From assembly GCF_009914755.1 (NCBI RefSeq), contig NC_060925.1: DNA of 64,000 bases, one strand, 5' to 3'. Origin of the DNA: the human T2T-CHM13v2.0 reference genome, Homo sapiens. The first letter of the stretch is position 1, and each line of letters starts with the position of its first letter. The notes below the pieces were generated by a model. It was not told the DNA's origin. It saw nothing but the letters and a program-made list of their open reading frames with translations, and made no database searches. A program made the translations under genes and the position numbers. This document shows, piece after piece, positions 14,201-27,900 of this stretch.

Positions 14201-15999
14201 TGGACCCGAATGGAATCATCTAATGGAATGGAATGGAATAATCCATGGACTCGAATGCAATCATCATCGAATGGAATCGAATGGAATCATCGAATGGACT
14301 CGAATGGAATAATCATTGAACGGAATCGAATGGAATCATCATCGGATGGAAATGAATGGAATCATCATCGAATGGAATCGAATAGAATTATGGAATGAAA
14401 TCCAGTGTGGTCATCATCGAATGGACCCGAATGGAATCATCATCCAACGGAAGCTAATGGAATCAACATCGAATGAATCAAATGGAAACACCATCGAATT
14501 GAAACGAATGGAATTATCATGAAATTGAAACGGATGGACTCATCATCGAATGGATTCGAATGGAATCATCGAATAAAATTGATTGAAATCATCATCGAAT
14601 GGAATCGAATGGTATCATTGAATGGAATCGAATGGAATCATCATCAGATGGAAATGAATGGAATCGTCATAGAATGGAATCGAATGGATTCATTGAATGG
14701 AATCAGATGGAATCATCGAATGGACTGGAATGGAATCATTGAATGGACTCGAAAGGGATCATGATTGAATGGAATTGAATGGAATCATCGAATGGTCTCG
14801 ATTGGAATCATTATCAAATGGAATCGAATGGAATCACCGAATAGAATCGAATGGAACAATCATCGAATGGACTCAAATGGAATTATCCTCAAATGGAATC
14901 GAATGGAATTATCAAATGCAATCGAATGGAATTATCGAATGCAATCGAATAGAATCATCGAATGGACTCGAATGGAATCATCGAATGGAATGGAATGGAA
15001 CAGTCAATGAACTCGAATGGAATCATCATTGAATGGAATCGAATGTAATCATCGAGTGGAATCGAATGGAATTATGATCAAATGGAATCGAATGTAATCA
15101 TCATCAAATGGAATCAAAAATAACCATCATCAATTGGTATTGAATGGAATTGTCATCAAATGGAATTCAAAGGAATCATCATCAAATGGAACCGAATGGA
15201 ATCCTCATTGAATGGAAATGAAAGGGGTCATCATCTAATGGAATCGCATGGAATCATCATCAAATGGAATCGAATGGAATCATCATCAAATGGAATCTAA
15301 TGGAATCATTGAACAGAATTGAATGGAATCGTCATCGAATGAATTGAATGCAATCATCGAATGGTCTCGAATGGAATCATCTTCTAATGGAAAGGAATGG
15401 AATCATCGCATAGAATCGAATGGAATTATCATCGAATGGAATCGAATGGTATCAACACCAAACGGAAAAAAACGGAATTATCGAATGGAATCGAAGAGAA
15501 TCTTCGAACGGACCCGAATGGAATCATCTAATGGAATGGAATGGAATAATCCATGGACTCGAATGCAATCATCATCGAATGGAATCGAATGGAATCATCG
15601 AATGGACTCGAATGGAATAATCATTGAACGGAATCGAATGGAATCATCATCGGATGGAAACGAATGGAATCATCATCGAATGGAAATGAAAGGAGTCATC
15701 ATCTAATGCAATTGCATGGAATCATCATCAAATAGAATCGAATGGAATCAACATCAAATGGAATCTAATGGAATCATTGAACAGAATTGAATGGAATCGT
15801 CATCGAATGAATTGACTGCAATCATCGAATGGTCTCGAATGGAATCATCTTCAAATGGAATGGAATGGAATCATCGCATAGAATCGAATGGAATTATCAT
15901 CGAATGGAATCGAATGGAATCAACAACAAACGGAAAAAAACGGAATTATCGAATGGAATCGAAGAGAATCATCGAATGGACCCGAATGGAATCATCTAA

Positions 16000-18900
16000 T
16001 GGAATGGAATGGAATAATCCATGGACTCGAATGCAATCATCATCGAATGGAATCGAATGGAATCATCGAATGGACTCGAATGGAATAATCATTGAACGGA
16101 ATCGAATGGAATCATCATCGGATGGAAATGAATGGAATCATCATCGAATGGAATCGAATAGAATTATGGAATGAAATCCAGTGTGGTCATCATCGAATGG
16201 ACCCGAATGGAATCATCATCCAACGGAAGCTAATGGAATCAACATCGAATGAATCAAATGGAAACACCATCGAATTGAAACGAATGGAATTATCATGAAA
16301 TTGAAACGGATGGACTCATCATCGAATGGATTCGAATGGAATCATCGAATAAAATTGATTGAAATCATCATCGAATGGAATCGAATGGTATCATTGAATG
16401 GAATCGAATGGAATCATCATCAGATGGAAATGAATGGAATCGTCATAGAATGGAATCGAATGGATTCATTGAATGGAATCAGATGGAATCATCGAATGGA
16501 CTGGAATGGAATCATTGAATGGACTCGAAAGGGATCATGATTGAATGGAATTGAATGGAATCATCGAATGGTCTCGATTGGAATCATTATCAAATGGAAT
16601 CGAATGGAATCACCGAATAGAATCGAATGGAACAATCATCGAATGGACTCAAATGGAATTATCCTCAAATGGAATGGAATGGAATTATCGAATGCAATCG
16701 AATGGAATTATCGAATGCAATCGAATAGAATCATCGAATGGACTCGAATGGAATCATCGAATGGAATGGAATGGAACAGTCAATGAACTCGAATGGAATC
16801 ATCATTGAATGGAATCGAATGGAATCATCGAGTGGAATCGAATGGAATTATGATCAAATGGAATCGAATGTAATCATCATCAAATGGAATCAAAAATAAC
16901 CATCATCAATTGGTATTGAATGGAATTGTCATCAAATGGAATTCAAAGGAATCATCATCAAATGGAACCGAATGGAATCCTCATTGAATGGAAATGAAAG
17001 GGGTCATCATCTAATGGAATCGCATGGAATCATCATCAAATGGAATCGAATGGAATCATCATCAAATGGAATCTAATGGAATCATTGAACAGAATTGAAT
17101 GGAATCGTCATCGAATGAATTGAATGCAATCATCGAATGGTCTCGAATGGAATCATCTTCTAATGGAAAGGAATGGAATCATCGCATAGAATTGAATGGA
17201 ATTATCATCGAATGGAATCGAATGGTATCAACACCAAACGGAAAAAAACGGAATTATCGAATGGAATCGAAGAGAATCTTCGAACGGACCCGAATGGAAT
17301 CATCTAATGGAATGGAATGGAATAATCCATGGACTCGAATGCAATCATCATCGAATGGAATCGAATGGAATCATCGAATGGACTCGAATGGAATAATCAT
17401 TGAACGGAATCGAATGGAATCATTATCAGATGGAAACGAATGGAATCATCATCGAATGGAAATGAAAGGAGTCATCATCTAATGGAATTGCATGGAATCA
17501 TCATAAAATGGAATCGAATGGAATCAACATCAAATGGAATCAAATGGAATCATTGAACGGAATTGAATGGAATCGTCATCGAATGAATTGACTGCAATCA
17601 TCGAATGGTCTCGAATGGAATCATCTTCAAATGGAATGGAATGGAATCATCGCATAGAATCGAATGGAATTATCATCGAATGGAATCGAATGGAATCAAC
17701 ATCAAACGGAAAAAAACAGAATTATCGTATGGAATCGAAGAGAATCATCGAAGGGACCCGAATGGAATCATCTAATGGAATGGAATGGAATAATCCATGG
17801 ACTCGAATGCAATCATCATCGAATGGATTCGAATGGAATCATCGAATGGACTCGAATGGAATAATCATTGAACGGAATAGAATGGAATCATCATCGGATG
17901 GAAATGAATGGAATCATCATCGAATGGAATCGAATAGAATTATGGAATGAAATCCAGTGTGATCATCATCGAATGGACCCGAATGGAATCATCATCCAAC
18001 GGAAGCTAATGGAATCAACATCGAATGAATCGAATGGAAACACCATCGAATTGAAACGAATGGAATTATCATGAAATTGAAATGGATGGACTCATCATCG
18101 AATGGATTCGAATGGAATCATCGAATAAAATTGATTGAAATCATCATCGAATGGAATCGAATGGTATCATTGAATGGAATCGAATGGAATCATCATCAGA
18201 TGGAAATGAATGGAATCGTCATAGAATGGAATCGAATGGATTCATTGAATGGAATCAGATGGAATCATCGAATGGACTGGAATGGAATCATTGAATGGAC
18301 TCGAAAGGGATCATGATTGAATGGAATTGAATGGAATCATCGAATGGTCTCGATTGGAATCATTATCAAATGGAATCGAATGGAATCACCGAATAGAATC
18401 GAATGGAACAATCATCGAATGGACTCAAATGGAATTATCCTCCAATGGAATCGAATGGAATTATCGAATGCAATCGAATGGAATTATCGAATGCAATCGA
18501 ATAGAATCATCGAATGGACTCGAATGGAATCATCGAATGGAATGGAATGGAACAGTCAATGAACTCGAATGGAATCATCATTGAATGGAATCGAATGGAA
18601 TCATCGAGTGGAACCGAATGGAATTATGATCAAATGGAATCGAATGTAATCATCATCAAATGGAATCAAAAATAACCATCATCAATTGGTATTGAATGGA
18701 ATTCTCATCAAATGGAATTCAAAGGAATCATCATCAAATGGAACCGAATGGAATCCTCATTGAATGGAAATGAAAGGGGTCATCATCTAATGGAATCGCA
18801 AGGAATCATCATAAAATGGAATCGAATGGAATCAACATCAAATGGAATCAAATGGAATCATTGAACGGAATTGAATGGAATCGTCATCGAATGAATTGAC

Positions 18901-21900
18901 TACAATCACCGAATGGTCTCGAATGGAATCATCTTCAAATGGAATGGAATGGAATCATCGCATAGAATCGAATGGAATTATCATCGAATGGAATCGAATG
19001 GTATCAACATCAAACGGAAAAAAACGGAATTATCGAATCGAATCGAAGAGAATCTTCGAACGGACCCGAATGGAATCATCTAATGGAATGGAATGGAATA
19101 ATCCATGGACTCGAATGCAATCATCATCGAATGGAATCGAATGGAATCATCGAATGGACTTGAATGGAATAATCATTGAACGGAATCGAATGGAATCATC
19201 ATCGGATGGAAACGAATGGAATCATCATCGAATGGAATCGAATAGAATTATGGAATGAAATCCAGTGTGATCATCATCGAATGGACCCGAATGGAATCAT
19301 CATCCAACGGAAGCTAATGGAATCAACATCGAATGAATCAAATGGAAACACCATCGAATTGAAACGAATGGAATTACCATGAAATTGAAATGGATGGACT
19401 CATCCTCAAATGGATTCGAGTGGAATCAACGAATAAAATTGATTGAAATCATCATCGAATGGAATCGAATGGTATCATTGAATGGAATCGAATGGAATCA
19501 TCATCAGATGGAAATGAAAGGAATCGTCATAGAATGGAATCGAATGGATTCATTGAATGGAATCAGATGGAATCATTGAATGGACTGGAATGGAATCATT
19601 GAATGGACTCGAAAGGGATCATTATTGAATGGAATTGAATGGAATCATCGAATGGTCTCGATTGGAATCATTATCAAATGGAATCGAATGGAATCACCGA
19701 ATAGAATCGAATGGAACAATCATCGAATGGACTCAAATGGAATTATCCTCAAATGGAATTGAATGGAATTATCGAATGCAATCGAATGGAATTATCGAAT
19801 GCAATCGAATAGAATCATCGAATGGACTCGAATGGAATCATCGAATGGAATGGAATGGAACAGTCAATGAACTCGAATGGAATCATCATTGAATGGAATC
19901 GAATGGAATCATCGAGTGGAATCGAATGTAATCATCATCAAATGGAATCAAAAATAACCATCATCAAATGGAATCAAAAATAACCATCATCAATTGGTAT
20001 TGAATGGAATTCTCATCAAATGGAGTTCAAAGGAATCATAATCAAATGGAACCGAATGGAATCCTCATTGAATGGAAATGAAAGGGGTCATCATCTAATG
20101 GAATCGCATGGAATCATCATAAAATGGAATCGAATGGAATCAACATCAAATGGAATCAAATGGAATATTTGAACGGAATTGAATGGAATCGTCATCGAAT
20201 GAATTGAATGCAATCATCGAATGGTCTCGAATGGAATCATCTTCAAATGGAATGGAATGGAATCATCGCATAGAATCGAAAGGAATTATCATCGAATGGA
20301 ATCGAATGGAATCAACACCAAACGGAAAAAAACGGAATTATCGAATGGAATCGAAGAGAATCATCGAATGGACCCGAATGGAATCATCTAATGGAATGGA
20401 ATGGAATAATCCATGGACTCGAATGCAATCATCATCGAATGGAATCGAATGGAATCATCCAATGGACTCGAATGGAATAATCATTGAACGGAATCGAATG
20501 GAATCATCATCGGATGGAAATGAATGGAATCATCATCGAATGGAATCGAATAGAATTATGGAATGAAATCCAGTGTGATCATCATCGAATGGACCCGAAT
20601 GGAATCATCATCCAACGGATGCTAATGGAATCAACATCGAATGAATCAAATGGAAACACCATCGAATTGAAACGAATGGAATTACCATGAAATTGAAATG
20701 GATGGACTCATCATCGAATGGATTCGAAAGGAATCATCGAATAAAATTGATTGAAATCATCATCGAATGGAATCGAATGGTATCATTGAATGGAATCGAA
20801 TGGAATCATCATCAGATGGAAATGAATGGAATCGTCATAGAATGGAATCGAATGGATTCATTGAATGGAATCAGATGGAATCATCGAATGGACTGGAATG
20901 GAATCATTGAATGGACTCGAAAGAGATCATGATTGAATGGAATTGAATAGAATCATCGAATGGTCTCGATTGGAATCATTATCAAATGGAATCGAATGGA
21001 ATCACCGAATAGAATCGAATGGAACAATCATCTAATGGACTCAAATGGAATTATCCTCAAATGGAATCGAATGGAATTATCGAATGCAATCGAATGGAAT
21101 TATCGAATGCAATCGAATAGAATCATCGAATGGACTCGAATGGAATCATCGAATGGAATGGAATGGAACAGTCAATGAACTCGAATGGAATCATCATTGA
21201 ATGGAATCGAATGGAATCATCGAGTGGAATCGAATGGAATTATGATCAAATGGAATCGAATGTAATCATCATCAAATGGAATCAAAAATAACCATCATCA
21301 ATTGGTATTGAATGGAATTGTCATCAAATGGAATTCAAAGGAAACATCATCAAATGGAACCGAATGGAATCCTCATTGAATGGAAATGAAAGGGGTCATC
21401 ATCTAATGGAATCGCATGGAATCATCATCAAATGGAATCGAATGGAATCATCATCAAATGGAATCTAATGGAATCATTGAACAGAATTGAATGGAATCGT
21501 CATCAAATGAATTGAATGCAATCATCGAATGGTCTCGAATGGAATCATCTTCTAATGGAAAGGAATGGAATCATCGCATAGAATCGAATGGAATTATCAT
21601 CGAATGGAATCGAATGGTATCAACACCAAACGGAAAAAAACGGAATTATCGAATGGAATCGAAGAGAATCTTCGAACGGACCCGAATGGAATCATCTAAT
21701 GGAATGGAATGGAATAATCCATGGACTCTAATGCAATCATAATCGAATGGAATGGAATGGAATCATCGAATGGACTCGAATGGAATAATCATTGAACGGA
21801 ATCGAATGGAATCATCATCGGATGGAAACGAATGGAATCATCATCGAATGGAAATGAAAGGAGTCATCATCTAATGGAATTGCATGGAATCATCATAAAA

Positions 21901-24900
21901 TGGAATCGAATGGAATCAACATCAAATGGAATCAAATGGAATCATTGAACGGAATTGAATGGAATCGTCATCGAATGAATTGACTGCAATCATCGAATGG
22001 TCTCGAATGGAATCATCTTCAAATGGAAGGGAATGGAATCATCGCATAGAATCGAATGGAATTATCATCGAATGGAATCGAATGGAATCAACATCAAACG
22101 GAAAAAAACCGAATTATCGTATGGAATCGAAGAGAATCATCGAATGGACCCGAATGGAATCATCTAATGGAATGGAATGGAATAATCCATGGACTCGAAT
22201 GCAATCATCATCGAATGGAATCGAATGGAATCATCGAATGGACTTGAATGGAATAATCATTGAACGGAATCGAATGGAATCATCATCGGATGGAAATGAA
22301 TGGAATCATCATCGAATGGAATCGAATAGAATTATGGAATGAAATCCAGTGTGATCATCATCGAATGGACCCGAATGGAATCATCATCCAACGGAAGCTA
22401 ATGGAATCAACATCGAATGAATCGAATGGAAACACCATCGAATTGAAACGAATGGAATTATCATGAAATTGAAATGGATGGACTCATCATCGAATGGATT
22501 CGAATGGAATCATCGAATAAAAGTGATTGAAATCATTATCGAATGGAATCGAATGGTATCATTGAATGGAATCGAATGGAATCATCATCAGATGGAAATG
22601 AATGGAATCGTCATAGAATGGAATCGAATGGATTCATTGAATGGAATCAGATGGAATCATCGAATGGACTGGAATGGAATCATTGAATGGACTCGAAAGG
22701 GATCATTATTGAATGGAATTGAATGGAATCATCGAATGGTCTCGATTGGAATCATTACCAAATGGAATCGAATGGAATCACCGAATAGAATCGAATGGAA
22801 CAATCATCGAATGGACTCAAATGGAATTATCCTCCAATGGAATGGAATGGAATTATCGAATGCAATCGAATGGAATTATCGAATGCAATCGAATAGAATC
22901 ATCGAAAGGACTCGAATGGAATCATCGAATGGAATGGAATGGAACAGTCAATGAACTCGAATGGAATCATCATTGAATGGAATCGAATGGAATCATCGAG
23001 TGGAATCAAATGGAATTATGATCAAATGGAATCGAATGTAATCATCATCAAATGGAATCAAAAATAACCATCATCAATTGGTATTGAATGGAATTGTCAT
23101 CAAATGGAATTCAAAGGAATCATCATCAAATGGAACCGAATGGAATCCTCATTGAATGGAAATGAAAGGGGTCATCATCTAATGGAATCGCATGGAATCA
23201 TCATCAAATGGAATCGAATGGAATCATCATCAAATGGAATCTAATGGAATCATTGAACAGAATTGAATGGAATCGTCATCGAATGAATTGAATGCAATCA
23301 TCGAATGGTCTCGAATGGAATCATCTTCTAATGGAAAGGAATGGAATCATCGCATAGAATCGAATGGAATTATCATCGAATGGAATCGAATGGTATCAAC
23401 ACCAAACGGAAAAAAACGGAATTATCGAATGGAATCGAAGAGAATCTTCGAACGGACCCGAATGGAATCATCTAATTGAATGGAATGGAATAATCCATGG
23501 ACTCGAATGCAATCATCATCGAATGGAATCGAATGGAATCATCGAATGGACTCGAATGGAATAATCATTGAACGGAATCGAATGGAATCATCATCGGATG
23601 GAAACGAATGGAATCATCATCGAATGGAAATGAAAGGAGTCATCATCTAATGGAATTGCATGGAATCATCATAAAATGGAATCGAATGGAATCAACATCA
23701 AATGGAATCAAATGGAATCATTGAACGGAATTGAATGGAATCGTCATCGAATGAATTGACTGCAATCATCGAATGGTCTCGAATGGAATCATCTTCAAAT
23801 GGAATGGAATGGAATCATCGCATAGAATCGAATGGAATTATCATCGAATGGAATCGAATGGAATCAACATCAAACGGAAAAAAACGGAATTATCGAATGG
23901 AATCGAAGAGAATCATCGAATGGACCCGAATGGAATCATCTAATGGAATGGAATGGAATAATCCATGGACTCGAATGCAATCATCATCGAATGGAATCGA
24001 ATGGAATCATCGAATGGACTCGAATGGAATAATCATTGAACGGAATCGAATGGAATCATCATCGGATGGAAATGAATGGAATCATCATCGAATGGAATCG
24101 AATAGAATTATGGAATGAAATCCAGTGTGGTCATCATCGAATGGACCCGAATGGAATCATCATCCAACGGAAGCTAATGGAATCAACATCGAATGAATCA
24201 AATGGAAACACCATCGAATTGAAACGAATGGAATTATCATGAAATTGAAACGGATGGACTCATCATCGAATGGATTCGAATGGAATCATCGAATAAAATT
24301 GATTGAAATCATCATCGAATGGAATCGAATGGTATCATTGAATGGAATCGAATGGAATCATCATCAGATGGAAATGAATGGAATCGTCATAGAATGGAAT
24401 CGAATGGATTCATTGAATGGAATCAGATGGAATCATCGAATGGACTGGAATGGAATCATTGAATGGACTCGAAAGGGATCATGATTGAATGGAATTGAAT
24501 GGAATCATCGAATGGTCTCGATTGGAATCATTATCAAATGGAATCGAATGGAATCACCGAATAGAATCGAATGGAACAATCATCGAATGGACTCAAATGG
24601 AATTATCCTCAAATGGAATGGAATGGAATTATCGAATGCAATCGAATGGAATTATCGAATGCAATCGAATAGAATCATCGAATGGACTCGAATGGAATCA
24701 TCGAATGGAATGGAATGGAACAGTCAATGAACTCGAATGGAATCATCATTGAATGGAATCGAATGGAATCATCGAGTGGAATCGAATGGAATTATGATCA
24801 AATGGAATCGAATGTAATCATCATCAAATGGAATCAAAAATAACCATCATCAATTGGTATTGAATGGAATTGTCATCAAATGGAATTCAAAGGAATCATC

Positions 24901-27900
24901 ATCAAATGGAACCGAATGGAATCCTCATTGAATGGAAATGAAAGGGGTCATCATCTAATGGAATCGCATGGAATCATCATCAAATGGAATCGAATGGAAT
25001 CATCATCAAATGGAATCTAATGGAATCATTGAACAGAATTGAATGGAATCGTCATCGAATGAATTGAATGCAATCATCGAATGGTCTCGAATGGAATCAT
25101 CTTCTAATGGAAAGGAATGGAATCATCGCATAGAATTGAATGGAATTATCATCGAATGGAATCGAATGGTATCAACACCAAACGGAAAAAAACGGAATTA
25201 TCGAATGGAATCGAAGAGAATCTTCGAACGGACCCGAATGGAATCATCTAATGGAATGGAATGGAATAATCCATGGACTCGAATGCAATCATCATCGAAT
25301 GGAATCGAATGGAATCATCGAATGGACTCGAATGGAATAATCATTGAACGGAATCGAATGGAATCATTATCAGATGGAAACGAATGGAATCATCATCGAA
25401 TGGAAATGAAAGGAGTCATCATCTAATGGAATTGCATGGAATCATCATAAAATGGAATCGAATGGAATCAACATCAAATGGAATCAAATGGAATCATTGA
25501 ACGGAATTGAATGGAATCGTCATCGAATGAATTGACTGCAATCATCGAATGGTCTCGAATGGAATCATCTTCAAATGGAATGGAATGGAATCATCGCATA
25601 GAATCGAATGGAATTATCATCGAATGGAATCGAATGGAATCAACATCAAACGGAAAAAAACAGAATTATCGTATGGAATCGAAGAGAATCATCGAAGGGA
25701 CCCGAATGGAATCATCTAATGGAATGGAATGGAATAATCCATGGACTCGAATGCAATCATCATCGAATGGATTCGAATGGAATCATCGAATGGACTCGAA
25801 TGGAATAATCATTGAACGGAATAGAATGGAATCATCATCGGATGGAAATGAATGGAATCATCATCGAATGGAATCGAATAGAATTATGGAATGAAATCCA
25901 GTGTGATCATCATCGAATGGACCCGAATGGAATCATCATCCAACGGAAGCTAATGGAATCAACATCGAATGAATCGAATGGAAACACCATCGAATTGAAA
26001 CGAATGGAATTATCATGAAATTGAAATGGATGGACTCATCATCGAATGGATTCGAATGGAATCATCGAATAAAATTGATTGAAATCATCATCGAATGGAA
26101 TCGAATGGTATCATTGAATGGAATCGAATGGAATCATCATCAGATGGAAATGAATGGAATCGTCATAGAATGGAATCGAATGGATTCATTGAATGGAATC
26201 AGATGGAATCATCGAATGGACTGGAATGGAATCATTGAATGGACTCGAAAGGGATCATGATTGAATGGAATTGAATGGAATCATCGAATGGTCTCGATTG
26301 GAATCATTATCAAATGGAATCGAATGGAATCACCGAATAGAATCGAATGGAACAATCATCGAATGGACTCAAATGGAATTATCCTCCAATGGAATCGAAT
26401 GGAATTATCGAATGCAATCGAATGGAATTATCGAATGCAATCGAATAGAATCATCGAATGGACTCGAATGGAATCATCGAATGGAATGGAATGGAACAGT
26501 CAATGAACTCGAATGGAATCATCATTGAATGGAATCGAATGGAATCATCGAGTGGAACCGAATGGAATTATGATCAAATGGAATCGAATGTAATCATCAT
26601 CAAATGGAATCAAAAATAACCATCATCAATTGGTATTGAATGGAATTCTCATCAAATGGAATTCAAAGGAATCATCATCAAATGGAACCGAATGGAATCC
26701 TCATTGAATGGAAATGAAAGGGGTCATCATCTAATGGAATCGCAAGGAATCATCATAAAATGGAATCGAATGGAATCAACATCAAATGGAATCAAATGGA
26801 ATCATTGAACGGAATTGAATGGAATCGTCATCGAATGAATTGACTACAATCACCGAATGGTCTCGAATGGAATCATCTTCAAATGGAATGGAATGGAATC
26901 ATCGCATAGAATCGAATGGAATTATCATCGAATGGAATCGAATGGTATCAACATCAAACGGAAAAAAACGGAATTATCGAATCGAATCGAAGAGAATCTT
27001 CGAACGGACCCGAATGGAATCATCTAATGGAATGGAATGGAATAATCCATGGACTCGAATGCAATCATCATCGAATGGAATCGAATGGAATCATCGAATG
27101 GACTTGAATGGAATAATCATTGAACGGAATCGAATGGAATCATCATCGGATGGAAACGAATGGAATCATCATCGAATGGAATCGAATAGAATTATGGAAT
27201 GAAATCCAGTGTGATCATCATCGAATGGACCCGAATGGAATCATCATCCAACGGAAGCTAATGGAATCAACATCGAATGAATCAAATGGAAACACCATCG
27301 AATTGAAACGAATGGAATTACCATGAAATTGAAATGGATGGACTCATCCTCAAATGGATTCGAGTGGAATCAACGAATAAAATTGATTGAAATCATCATC
27401 GAATGGAATCGAATGGTATCATTGAATGGAATCGAATGGAATCATCATCAGATGGAAATGAAAGGAATCGTCATAGAATGGAATCGAATGGATTCATTGA
27501 ATGGAATCAGATGGAATCATTGAATGGACTGGAATGGAATCATTGAATGGACTCGAAAGGGATCATTATTGAATGGAATTGAATGGAATCATCGAATGGT
27601 CTCGATTGGAATCATTATCAAATGGAATCGAATGGAATCACCGAATAGAATCGAATGGAACAATCATCGAATGGACTCAAATGGAATTATCCTCAAATGG
27701 AATTGAATGGAATTATCGAATGCAATCGAATGGAATTATCGAATGCAATCGAATAGAATCATCGAATGGACTCGAATGGAATCATCGAATGGAATGGAAT
27801 GGAACAGTCAATGAACTCGAATGGAATCATCATTGAATGGAATCGAATGGAATCATCGAGTGGAATCGAATGTAATCATCATCAAATGGAATCAAAAATA

